Shown: piece by piece, positions 30,991-40,211 of the stretch
Layout: the number at the start of each line of letters is the position of its first letter
Numbering within the stretch: position 1 is the stretch's first letter
Source of the DNA: an uncultured Acidobacteriota bacterium
Lineage (GTDB): Bacteria; Acidobacteriota; UBA6911
DNA length: 64,000 nt
Assembly: GCA_963809485.1 (NCBI GenBank)
Contig: CAWEJX010000008.1
Location: 160,001 to 224,000, forward strand
Reading direction: 5' to 3'
The notes under the pieces: model-generated
The model's database searches: none
Told to the model about the DNA's origin: nothing
Seen by the model: only the letters and a program-made list of their open reading frames with translations
Made by a program: the position numbers and the translations under genes

Positions 30991-31392
30991 TAATTCTATT
31001 GGTAAACCCTCGGCTCTGCCGGGAGACTCATAGAGTTTGACAGCTCCGTATTTTAAAACGCTGAGATACGCTGACAAAAGCGCTGACAAGCGCCGATTTG
31101 TTCGGCGAGGGTTGGCGAGCAAAAGCCGATGAGGCGCTTTCGATGGAGTTTTCTGCGGCGGCACTGTGGCAAGCGCCGTGCGGCAAGGAGATGGGGGTTA
31201 TGAGAAACATGGCGTTTGCCACAGTGCCGCCGCAGAAAACTTTCCAGCGCGGAGCGCTGGCCCCTGCGGGGATCGGAAGCGCCTCATCGGCTTTTGCCCG
31301 CGTAAGTCAGCGTTCAAGACCAGCATAACTCCTCCAACCGCTTTGAGCGGTTCCAATCTTTCAAGCCTCCGGCTTTGCCGGAGGTTTCTAAC
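30991..31392 (+). mobile_element. IS200/IS605-end element, long form with nested hairpin, copy 6
   Basis: Near-identical to 3043-3443, including the nested inverted repeat TTTTCTGCGGCGGCACTGTGGCAA / TTGCCACAGTGCCGCCGCAGAAAA. Confidence 0.78.
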
Positions 31393-31674
31393 TGTGTCAA
31401 ACTGCTCAAGCAAAGCCGGAGGGCGCCAACAATAGCAGTATTGGCGAGTCACGGCTGGAGCTCAACGGCCGCATTTCGCAAAATCAACATCCTCATTCCA
31501 TCTCTCCTGCTTTCTTGGTGCTGATAGTTTCTTTTATTCCAGTAGCCTCGGCGTGAACTCAGCCAACGGCGCCAGACGACATAAACCTCTGGGGCCAGTA
31601 TCATCAAAGCGTCACATAGCAACCAGGAAGGAAAGGGCGCGAGGCTCTTTCCTTCCGATGCGCGTGCATATCGC

Positions 31675-34137
31675 TCAATCTGCCATCGCCTTCTTATGGG
31701 CGACTTCCGCGCGGAGTTTGTTCTCCTGCGCTTTTTCGGCCGTTTTTGTTTCTTTCAGGTCGATGGTGACCTTGACGATCTTGCCGTTGAACTTATTGTC
31801 GTACGCCTTGTAGTCTTCCGTTACGGGCGTCGCGTCGTCCTCCCCGACGTCAGCTGTTTCGTCGGCGGAGAAAATTATCGACTGCGTGCGCTCGATCCGT
31901 CCCTCGGCAACTTTCTTGTCGTTCACGTAGATCGTGCCCACGCCGCCTTTGCCTAGGCCGCCTCCGTCATAGGCGAATTCGAAGCGGATCGTCGCCTTGC
32001 CTGCAGGCACTGCCTGCGCCGAACCGACATTGAACCGCTGAAGGCCCAGGAAATTATAGGTGTAGAACGGTTTTCCATTCTTGAAATAGAGGCTCCAGCC
32101 TCCGAAACGTCCGCCCTGAGCAAGGATCACGCCGTTGGCGCTACCCTGCGGAATTTCAACGATGGCGTTTATGGTTAGAGAGCGGTTCTTTACATTGATA
32201 AACACATTCTCCGACATTCCCTTCATGCCCGGGTAAAGTGCAAGCGACATGCGGCCTCCCATGAGGTCCGGCCGGCCGGCCAGTTCAGCATTGACGCGTT
32301 CGACGACCCGGTCGTCGATGGGGAGCACACGATATTTCACCGCCTCTTTCATGAAAAGGTCCTGCAATTCCTTCAGCTTCGTTGGATTCTGAGCTGCCAG
32401 ATCGTTGGCCTGGCTGAAGTCGACTCGCGTGTCGTAAAGCTCCCACTTGTCGTCAAGAAGCGCCACGCGGGGCTTCATCTCCCACGGGGCTCTGTGGAGG
32501 GTTCCCGCAAACCACCCGTCGGCGTAAATGGCGCGGTTGCCGAACATCTCAAAGTACTGGATCTTGTGGCGGCTGTCCGCCTTGGCATCATCGAAGGTAT
32601 ACATTATGCTCACGCCCTCGATCGGCGTCTGCGGCGTGCCGTTGACGATCTTGGGCTCAGGCAGGCCTGCCGCTTCCAGCACCGTGGGCGCAACATCGAT
32701 GACGTGGTGGAACTGTGAGCGAATTTCGCCCTTGGCTGTGACTCGCTTCGGCCACTGGACTATCATCCCGTTCCGCGTTCCGCCGAAATTCGACGCGACC
32801 TGTTTGGTCCATGTGAACGGCGTATCGCCTGCAACCGCCCAGCCCGCAGCCATGTGCGGATACGACATCGGCCCGCCCAGATCGTCATAGTGCTTCAGGA
32901 TGTCCGCCACGTTTTCCTGAACGCCATTGAAATAGGTCATCTCACTGAACATGCCGCTCATGCCGCCTTCGGCACTCGTGCCGTTGTCGCCGAGGATGTA
33001 GAACACCAGCGTGTTTTCAAGTTGGCCAATTTCCTGGACTGCGTCTACAAGCCGGCCGATCTCAGTATCGGCGTATTCGCCAAAACCCGCGAAGATTTCC
33101 ATCTGGCGCGTGAAGAGCTTCTTTTCGTCCGCGGAAAGCGTGTTCCAGTCTTTAATCGCTTCAGGCTTTGGTGCGAGCTTCGTCCCCGGCGGCACGACGC
33201 CCAGCTTGATCTGGCGCGCAAGGACCTCTTCGCGCATCACGTCCCAACCCTGGTTAAACTTGCCTTTGTACTTGGCGATCCATTCCTTCGGCACGTGGTG
33301 CGGGGCGTGCGTTGCGCCCGGGGCGAAGTACATAAAAAACGGTTTGTCCGGCGTCAGAGACTTCTGGAACCGCATCCAATCAACGGCTTTGTTTGTCATG
33401 TCGGTCATGAAGTGGTAGTTCGGGTCCTTTGGGATTTCGACCGGATTCATTCCGTGGTAGAGGAACGGCGCCCACTGGTTGGTCTCGCCGCCGAAGAAGC
33501 CATAGAACTCGTCGAAGCCGGACCGTGTCGGCCAGCGGTTGGTGGGACCGGAGGGGCTGACTTCCCAGGGCGCGGTCTCGTGGTTTTTGCCGAAGAAGCC
33601 CGTGCTGTAGCCGTTCAGCCGCAGCATCTCCGCAAGCGGCGCCACGTTGTTCGGGCGCTGCCCCGTGTTCCCCGGGAACGCGGTGGCCGTCTCGGTGATC
33701 CCGCCCATGTTGTTCATGTGGTGGTTGCGGCCGCTAAGCAGCGCCACCCGCGTCGGCGAACTCACCGCGGTTGTGTGGAAGTGGTTATAGCGCAGCCCGG
33801 CCTGAGCCATGCGCTCGGCGGTCGGCATGTGGATCGGTCCGCCGAAAGCGCTCGGCATGCCGAATCCCATGTCATCGATGAGCACAATGAGCACGTTCGG
33901 CGCACCGGCGGGAGGCTTTACCTCGAAGCGCGCCGGCGGTGTGGCCTTCCGGGCATCGAGTTCGGTTTCGTGCGCGTAATCGGGCTCCGCTATGGGCAGC
34001 ACCGTCCGGTCGAGCGAATCGGTCTGGTGTTTCGTCCCCGGTGCGGTGGTTGATTGCTGCCGGTTCTGACAGGCCCATGTGCCGGTCAACCCGACAGCCA
34101 TCATCCCGAGCACTATCGGTTTCTTTCCTCGTTTCAT
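31675..34137 (-). CDS. Arylsulfatase (Ser-type, predicted lipoprotein)
   Basis: PNVLIVLIDDMG, sulfatase motif SSPTR followed by LLSGRNHH, and GKNH; signal peptide ending TWAC. Confidence 0.93.
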   Translation of the reverse strand: MKRGKKPIVLGMMAVGLTGTWACQNRQQSTTAPGTKHQTDSLDRTVLPIAEPDYAHETELDARKATPPARFEVKPPAGAPNVLIVLIDDMGFGMPSAFGGPIHMPTAERMAQAGLRYNHFHTTAVSSPTRVALLSGRNHHMNNMGGITETATAFPGNTGQRPNNVAPLAEMLRLNGYSTGFFGKNHETAPWEVSPSGPTNRWPTRSGFDEFYGFFGGETNQWAPFLYHGMNPVEIPKDPNYHFMTDMTNKAVDWMRFQKSLTPDKPFFMYFAPGATHAPHHVPKEWIAKYKGKFNQGWDVMREEVLARQIKLGVVPPGTKLAPKPEAIKDWNTLSADEKKLFTRQMEIFAGFGEYADTEIGRLVDAVQEIGQLENTLVFYILGDNGTSAEGGMSGMFSEMTYFNGVQENVADILKHYDDLGGPMSYPHMAAGWAVAGDTPFTWTKQVASNFGGTRNGMIVQWPKRVTAKGEIRSQFHHVIDVAPTVLEAAGLPEPKIVNGTPQTPIEGVSIMYTFDDAKADSRHKIQYFEMFGNRAIYADGWFAGTLHRAPWEMKPRVALLDDKWELYDTRVDFSQANDLAAQNPTKLKELQDLFMKEAVKYRVLPIDDRVVERVNAELAGRPDLMGGRMSLALYPGMKGMSENVFINVKNRSLTINAIVEIPQGSANGVILAQGGRFGGWSLYFKNGKPFYTYNFLGLQRFNVGSAQAVPAGKATIRFEFAYDGGGLGKGGVGTIYVNDKKVAEGRIERTQSIIFSADETADVGEDDATPVTEDYKAYDNKFNGKIVKVTIDLKETKTAEKAQENKLRAEVAHKKAMAD

Positions 34138-34301
34138 GTCTTTCTCCTGGTATTAGGATTTGTATTTCCGTGTTCACTCAAATACGGGTTTAGATTTTGG
34201 AGACCGCCGCTCGGACGATATTTGCTCTTGCTTAACCCAAACATTCCAAAGACCTTAATTGAGATCTTCGACGTCCTTGCGGGCTGGATCCTTCCGGCGT
34301 C

Positions 34302-35087
34302 CTAAAATTTAAAAGCCGCCCCAAGAACAATGGCTTGGGTAATGACATCGTACTTGAACTGTTGGCCTTCGCTCCCGGTGGCGTAATCCAAACTCAGGAT
34401 TCGATAGCCAATCCCGAGCGTGGCGCGCTTGCCCACATCGACGCCGATTACGGGCCATAGCTGCCATGCGAAATCTGAGCCGGCACCGAATCCGCCGATG
34501 TCTCCCTCAAATGTGAAACTCCATGGGCCACCAAGGCGCTGCTTCAGCTTCAGACCGACGATGGGATCGACCCACTGCTTGGTTGCCTCAAAAACGCCCT
34601 GAAGAGGCGGTTCCTTGAAATCGAGCTTGCCCTGAAGGACGTTCCAGCGTGCACCGAAAATTAGGTCGACCTTCTCGTTCAGCTGGCGCAGTCCCATGAA
34701 CGTATATGCCCCCTGGTTGAAATCCAGGTTTGCAGAAGGCTGGTCCACGTCCGTACCCAACGCCATGTAAACCGCATCTGCCCCTATGCCCCATTGGGCT
34801 TTGCGCGCCTCGAAGTAACCCATCCCCCCGAACTGGAGATTCTTGAAAATATCGATCGCCGATATGTCCACCTCGATCTCATTGCCTCTGATTGCCGTCT
34901 TGCCGTCCATCCGGGCGAACAGAAGGTAGGGGGCCAACGTAAATTTCCATTCATCAGAGCTTGTCCCGCTGCTGCTTGGAGACTGGGCAAACGCAGGAGA
35001 TGGGATGACTGACATAAGCACGAGGGTTGCCAGGATAGCACCCATGATAAACCGGAGTTGCCGCTTTTGGTTCAACACTGTATCCAC
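34302..35087 (-). CDS. Outer-membrane beta-barrel protein, paralogue 1
   Basis: Signal peptide, WKFTLAPY, GDIGGFGAGSDFAW and a terminal Phe; very similar to 40212-40994. Confidence 0.8.
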   Translation of the reverse strand: MDTVLNQKRQLRFIMGAILATLVLMSVIPSPAFAQSPSSSGTSSDEWKFTLAPYLLFARMDGKTAIRGNEIEVDISAIDIFKNLQFGGMGYFEARKAQWGIGADAVYMALGTDVDQPSANLDFNQGAYTFMGLRQLNEKVDLIFGARWNVLQGKLDFKEPPLQGVFEATKQWVDPIVGLKLKQRLGGPWSFTFEGDIGGFGAGSDFAWQLWPVIGVDVGKRATLGIGYRILSLDYATGSEGQQFKYDVITQAIVLGAAFKF

Positions 35088-35175
35088 TGTTTGTCGACCT
35101 CCTTTTTTTCTGCGCAGAGCAGGCGATGCTCAACGCTAGCCCGCAAGGACCGAGGCTTCCAAAGGATCTGGCTGG

Positions 35176-35508
35176 CTAGGCCCCGCTGCTGGTACGTAAC
35201 TGCCGGATTAGGTCCAGGCCCTGAGTATCAGAAACCCGGTGAAACCGGATCTCCGGAGCCTTTCTCGAAAGCTCGGCGGCGGAAAGAATGCGAAGATAGA
35301 GACCCGAACGAATATGCTCATAAAGTGCAGCTTCGCTTTCCCACTGCTCGGAAAACAAAACGGAGCCGCCCATGCCGATTTCAGTGTAAATCTCGCAAGA
35401 CAGGCATCCAGGTTGAGCCCTAACCCGCCCTTGGATCGATTCTAACATTTCGAGCACCTCAGGACGCTGCTTCGCAAGAGGCGCAATTTTGAAAGTTGAG
35501 ATGATCAC
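35176..35508 (-). CDS. Antibiotic biosynthesis monooxygenase (ABM) family protein
   Basis: QPGCLSCEIY and EQWESEAALYEHIRS fit the ABM pattern. Confidence 0.8.
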   Translation of the reverse strand: MIISTFKIAPLAKQRPEVLEMLESIQGRVRAQPGCLSCEIYTEIGMGGSVLFSEQWESEAALYEHIRSGLYLRILSAAELSRKAPEIRFHRVSDTQGLDLIRQLRTSSGA

Positions 35509-35521
35509 GGATAGAATCTAA

Positions 35522-35538
35522 GGCAATAACTGTACCAG
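35522..35538 (-). promoter_or_regulatory. Sigma-54 (-24/-12) promoter
   Basis: The minus strand reads CTGGTACAGTTATTGCC (GG-N10-GC), directly downstream of a sigma-54 activator gene. Confidence 0.7.
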
Positions 35539-35636
35539 CCAATTTTCTGGCAGGCAGAGCAATCCCTATGTCCTTGTCGCGTAAGTTAAAAGAGAAAATC
35601 GGGTGGGAATGGGTAAGAAATCAGGACCTGCAAGAA

Positions 35637-35675
35637 AAAGACGGAATGCCGCCCTTAAGTTGGGATGCCGTCTTT
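35637..35675. promoter_or_regulatory. Imperfect inverted repeat, candidate enhancer (UAS) or terminator
   Basis: AAAGACGG...CTTAAG...CCGTCTTT lies about 100 bp upstream of the sigma-54 promoter and just after the activator stop codon. Confidence 0.35.
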
Positions 35676-35733
35676 ATTGTCCTGAAAACAAAAAAGTGAC
35701 TCAGAGACACAGGGATTGACCTGAGGTTATTGC

Positions 35734-38115
35734 TTAAGACTCGTTTTCCTTCTGTCGGCGGCCGGGGATGCCCAGTTTCTGCATTCGTGTATAGAGTGTC
35801 GAGGGTTTGACTCCAAGTATATCAGCCGCGCCTTTCGAACCCTTGATGCGCCAATCGGTTCTCTCGAGCGTCCTGATAATGTGCTCGTACTCGATTTCTG
35901 CAAGGCTTTGACCTGGCATGGTGGTTCCCGTGGCAGTATCGTCCACCATCGGCACGATCAGCGTATGACCGGTGGTGAGAATGGCGCCGTGTTCGATCAC
36001 GTTCCGCAACTGGCGCACGTTACCCGGCCAGGGATGACGCTGCAGGGCTTCCATTGTCTTGCGTGAAACCTGGGTTATCTTCTTCCCCATTCGTGAGCAG
36101 AATTCATCGAGGAAAGCCCAGACCAGTAACGGAATGTCTTCGGCCCGCTCGCGCAGAGCCGGCACTCGTATGGGAAAGACATTGAGGCGATAGTAGAGGT
36201 CTTCCCGGAAGCGTCCCTTTCGCATATCTTCGGACAGGTCGCGATTTGTGGCCGCAATCAAGCGGACATTGACTTTGATGGTTTTGGGACTCCCAAGCCG
36301 CTCGAACTGTCCTTCCTGCAACACTTGCAGCAGCTTCGATTGCACTTCGAGCGACAGCTCGCCGACCTCATCGAGAAAGATAGTGGAGCCGTCTGCGACC
36401 TCGAAGCGTCCGACCTGGCGCGTCAATGCCCCGGTGAAGGCGCCTTTTTCGCGGCCGAACAGTTCGCTTTCCACCAGGCCGGACGGCAGAGCGGCGCAGT
36501 TGACCTTGACCATCACGCGGCTTTTGCGAGGCCCAAGCCGGTGAATGGCCTGGGCAATGAGTTCCTTGCCGGTGCCGGTTTCGCCGCAGATGAGCACCGA
36601 GGAATCCGTCGGCGCGACCTGTTCCACCTGGCGCAGCACTTTCTTTATGGCTGCGCTCTGCCCGATAATCTGGTCGTGGGCTATTGTCTGTCTGATCTCG
36701 GCTTTGAGGTAGTCGCTTTCCGCCTGTAACCGGTCTTTCAATCGCTCGATTTCGGCATACGACTGTCGTAGTGCCTCCACGGCCTTCCTGTTCTCAGTGA
36801 TGTCGCGGATAACTCCGATCAGGTGGACTGCCTTTCCGCCGGCGTCGCGAATGTCGATGCGAGCCAGGTGATGCAGCCACCTTAGGCCAAGATCCGGATG
36901 CATATAGCGATACTCCATCGAGATCCGGTCCGTACGCCCATCTTCCAATTGGAGACGCGCATCCAGGATACCCTGGCGGTCGTCGGGGTGCAGGTGCTCC
37001 GTCCAAAATTCAATGAGCTGGGCGCCGTGGCCGGTTCCCGGAGGCATGCCAAGAAGGGTGCGGGCCCGTCCGTCCATGTAAGTAATGCCTTTGCCATAGA
37101 CTATTTCCAGAAAACCCAGACCGGCCAGGTCGACTCCCGAAGCGAGGCGGGCCTCGCTTGCCCGGGATGCCTCTTCCGTATGTTTGCGATCCGTGATGTC
37201 TATGGTGACCCCCATCAGACGCTCCGGCTCACCATCGGCCTTGAAGTAAGGCCGCCCGCGGGAATGGACCCAGCGTACGCATCCGTCACCCCTTAGAATC
37301 CGGTATTGGGCGTTCACCATTTCAGGTTGATTCCTGGACCGTTCGATGGTTTGTTGAACGAGTTCCAGATCCTCCGGCAGGACAGAGGCTTCGAATCGTT
37401 CCATATCGATGGCCTCTTCCGGGCCATACCCGAAGATCGCCCTGGTCCTGTCCGTAACCCAGAAAGCGCGCGCGCTCCAATCAAGGACCCAAAGTCCCGC
37501 CTCGGCGGAATCGGCGGCCAGGGCCAGGCGAGCCTCGCTCTCGCGCAAGACCTCCTCCGAGCGTTTGCGGCCAAGCGCGTTGGCAAACACCTTTGCCGCC
37601 AGTTGAAGCCGATCCACTATCTCCGCCGGCCAGGTGTGTTCCTCCAGCATGCTGTGGAAGGAAACAAGTCCAAAAGGCGGCCCTGTTCCAACCCAGAGCG
37701 GAAAGTTAGCAAGGCTCTTGATCCCAAAGTATTCAAGGGATTCCCGGTCCCGGGCTGCCTCGGCGGGCAACTCTGCAGTGGTAGAAAGAGCCACGACTTT
37801 CCCTGCCAGCAACTGGTTCATGAGCCACGGGAAATAGTCCGAGGCGTTCATCGGATCCGGCACCGGAGGATCTTCAAAGCGCCGAAAAAGGTGGGTAAGC
37901 GTCAAAAAACCCTTGTTCTCGGTCGACCACTGCCAGAGCGCAGACAGGTCCAATCCGAGCTGATCGCAGATCCGGCGCAGAGCCTCTTGGATTTCCCGGT
38001 CCACATCCCCCAGATCGAGACCAGTGAATCGCGACGAGATATCGGCCAGTAGCATTTCGAGCTGCATCCGCGCTTCAAAACCTTCGCGCCTGCCGGTTTT
38101 TTGCGGGGTCATCAA
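35734..38115 (-). CDS. Sigma-54-dependent Fis-family activator with GAF and PAS domains (FhlA-like)
   Basis: Walker A GETGTGKE, ESELFGREKGAFTGA, FLDEVGE, RLNVFPI, WPGNVRQL and a C-terminal HTH; two PAS/PAC repeats. Confidence 0.95.
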   Translation of the reverse strand: MMTPQKTGRREGFEARMQLEMLLADISSRFTGLDLGDVDREIQEALRRICDQLGLDLSALWQWSTENKGFLTLTHLFRRFEDPPVPDPMNASDYFPWLMNQLLAGKVVALSTTAELPAEAARDRESLEYFGIKSLANFPLWVGTGPPFGLVSFHSMLEEHTWPAEIVDRLQLAAKVFANALGRKRSEEVLRESEARLALAADSAEAGLWVLDWSARAFWVTDRTRAIFGYGPEEAIDMERFEASVLPEDLELVQQTIERSRNQPEMVNAQYRILRGDGCVRWVHSRGRPYFKADGEPERLMGVTIDITDRKHTEEASRASEARLASGVDLAGLGFLEIVYGKGITYMDGRARTLLGMPPGTGHGAQLIEFWTEHLHPDDRQGILDARLQLEDGRTDRISMEYRYMHPDLGLRWLHHLARIDIRDAGGKAVHLIGVIRDITENRKAVEALRQSYAEIERLKDRLQAESDYLKAEIRQTIAHDQIIGQSAAIKKVLRQVEQVAPTDSSVLICGETGTGKELIAQAIHRLGPRKSRVMVKVNCAALPSGLVESELFGREKGAFTGALTRQVGRFEVADGSTIFLDEVGELSLEVQSKLLQVLQEGQFERLGSPKTIKVNVRLIAATNRDLSEDMRKGRFREDLYYRLNVFPIRVPALRERAEDIPLLVWAFLDEFCSRMGKKITQVSRKTMEALQRHPWPGNVRQLRNVIEHGAILTTGHTLIVPMVDDTATGTTMPGQSLAEIEYEHIIRTLERTDWRIKGSKGAADILGVKPSTLYTRMQKLGIPGRRQKENES

Positions 38116-38435
38116 ATTCCTCCGGGATTCTGCATGATTTTATCACAGGGAACCCGCAATCCGGATGAGCCCTGAGACTCTGTTTCCCGCGATCGTTTCT
38201 TGGCCCCAAAATCCGCCAAATCACATCTGGATGAATCCCATAGATCACGACGACTCAGAATCGTTTTGAGCTGAACGATTCAAGCTTACGCGTGTCAACC
38301 TCATTCCCGCCAAAACCCAACTTCACCAAAGTGCAGTATCCTTAGGCCGGCAGATCTGCAATATTTCAATTTTCGGCGGTAGCGCGACAACCGGTCCAAT
38401 TGCCGCCGGGATCCCAAAACGAAGGAGGTCATTTC

Positions 38436-38537
38436 ATGAAGGCAATCACAGTAGAACCAAAGTAGCCAGGATCCGCATGTCTTGAAGATATCCCGGAGCC
38501 TGACATAGATAACGGCTCCGTGCTGGTTCAAGCCAAT
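38436..38537 (+). pseudogene. 5' remnant of a Zn-dependent glucose dehydrogenase gene
   Basis: After an AAGGAGG RBS the sequence reads [32 protein letters not shown], matching [33 protein letters not shown] of the gene at 57398. It has an in-frame TAG and is truncated. Confidence 0.8.
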
Positions 38538-38540
38538 AGA

Positions 38541-38610
38541 ATTGGACACGGATTTTAACGGATTATCATGGATACAAATCCGTGAGGATCAGTGAAAGCC
38601 TGTAGCCAAA
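38541..38610. repeat. GGACACGGATT...AATCCGTG imperfect palindromic repeat
   Basis: ATTGGACACGGATTTTAACGGATTATCATGGATACAAATCCGTGAGGATCAGTG...GCCAAAT; same family as 5281 and 9441. Confidence 0.5.
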
Positions 38611-38673
38611 TCGCTTTTCGGAATCTCAGCGTAAATTATACCGCCCAACAACTCCGGGCTGATTATTTCCGGG

Positions 38674-39447
38674 TCAGAAGTAAAGGTTGACCACTGCTCC
38701 CACGGCATTCACCGTCCGGTTCGGACTCCCGCCAGAGTCATTCTGATGCTCAAAATACCCCTCGAGTTCGACATGTTTGGTTATGGGAAAAGCCGAACCG
38801 CAGATCAGCGACGTCCGGCTCACTTTGTCATGCCTGCTGTCATAGTAGATTTCACCCCGGGCGTAGGGATTGAACCTGAACTGCTTGATCGTGAACTCCT
38901 TTTCGACAGTCAGCCTATTGCGATAGCGCCAGGAGAATTCTCCTTCAATGGACCGCAAATCCATGCGATGTCGATCAGAGACGAGTACTCCAAGCGCCAA
39001 AGGGTGGCGAGTCGTTGCCTCCAGCACTCCACGGTGCTCAACGGAAGCGTCACCCGTGTACGGCCGTATAAAACGGTACCCGATCCTCAGCATCAGTAGC
39101 CGGTTCTTGGATTCATCCAGGGAGAACATGCCCCACCTTTTCGCCTTCCGCAGCGGCTTGAGGTAGAAATCAAAATTCGGGCCGTATTCTCCTTCCGTAG
39201 AATCGGTATCTTCTTTGACGGTCGTTGCCAGGAAGTAGAAGCGCATCTGATCCGTCAGCTTTACGAACGTGCTGACCTCAGGCCAGACCTGGTTGCTTTG
39301 CGCCCGGGCAGGAATCTCCAAGAGCAGGATCAGTAGCGCAACCCGTATCGGCCAGCGCCAAGCTACCGTGATTGCCGCCGCAGACAGCCCATCCCTGCGA
39401 AGAGCTGCGCGGCTGATGCCGTTCGCCATAAATTCGCTCGAACTCAT
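38674..39447 (-). CDS. DUF2490-family outer-membrane beta-barrel protein
   Basis: SDRHRMDLR...WRYRNRLTVE and PYARGEIYYD motifs; terminal LYF; hydrophobic leader. Confidence 0.75.
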   Translation of the reverse strand: MSSSEFMANGISRAALRRDGLSAAAITVAWRWPIRVALLILLLEIPARAQSNQVWPEVSTFVKLTDQMRFYFLATTVKEDTDSTEGEYGPNFDFYLKPLRKAKRWGMFSLDESKNRLLMLRIGYRFIRPYTGDASVEHRGVLEATTRHPLALGVLVSDRHRMDLRSIEGEFSWRYRNRLTVEKEFTIKQFRFNPYARGEIYYDSRHDKVSRTSLICGSAFPITKHVELEGYFEHQNDSGGSPNRTVNAVGAVVNLYF

Positions 39448-39480
39448 CGTAACCTGAAGTCCGCTCCCGAAGGACGATGT

Positions 39481-40008
39481 CTATGCGCCCAGCGGCGCTA
39501 CACCGTAGGTTCGTGCCAGGTCGTTAATGGCGCTGCGAAGCACTCCCCAGTAGCGCTCAGCTTGCGTTCCATAATTGCCTCGGACCATGACTTGATTGAT
39601 GCGTCGGCCATCCTCCACCACCTGTTCTACCTGGACTTTGGTCTCCATCCACTTGTCGGTGGCGTCGAATTTGCGCCGCAACCGGTTGGTGGAGCGGTTC
39701 ATATCATCCAGCGCGTCCTCAAGATCATCCTTTGTATCCTTAGCTTGATCCTTGCGTGCTTCTGTATTGGATGGATTCGTGCGCGTACGGCGCGTTGTTT
39801 TGCCACTGCTTTGAGCCGATTCCGCGCGGCTCTTCGCGTCCTCTCCGCGCTTTTTTGCCCAATCCCGGAACTCGTCCAAACCATCTTCGACTTTGCGGAT
39901 ACGGTCGGCGACATACACCTTGGTAAAGGTGCCTTGTCCCAGAACGGGCCATGCAAACGACACTGCAAATACAAGTAAGGCCAGACTTATTTTTGTAATG
40001 CGACTCAT
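39481..40008 (-). CDS. Hypothetical secreted helical protein
   Basis: Signal peptide; charged helical body ending WGVLRSAINDLARTYGV; G-rich RBS-like sequence upstream. Confidence 0.7.
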   Translation of the reverse strand: MSRITKISLALLVFAVSFAWPVLGQGTFTKVYVADRIRKVEDGLDEFRDWAKKRGEDAKSRAESAQSSGKTTRRTRTNPSNTEARKDQAKDTKDDLEDALDDMNRSTNRLRRKFDATDKWMETKVQVEQVVEDGRRINQVMVRGNYGTQAERYWGVLRSAINDLARTYGVAPLGA

Positions 40009-40211
40009 ACTTTTTCCCCCCTCAAGTAGGAGTATAGCTTTTTCCCTTCCCGCATGGATGTCAGAAACAATCCCGTGGGCATAGACGTGGATGTAGACAT
40101 ATTCGGATTATGTCTTTGCCATCCATTCCGTCTGAAAAGGCCGTCCACGTTCACAACTATGTCAACGTCTCCCTCTACGCTCTAGGAACAAGGACCATAG
40201 TTCCGGGCGTC

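Noticed and set aside
3043-31392. Repeats considered as a CRISPR array
   Set aside because: The copies are kilobases apart, lack a regular repeat-spacer period, and no cas genes are present.
38463-38465. In-frame TAG in the gdh remnant as possible pyrrolysine or read-through
   Set aside because: The fragment is truncated shortly afterwards and the aligned residue is Lys (AAG to TAG), so it is a simple nonsense mutation.
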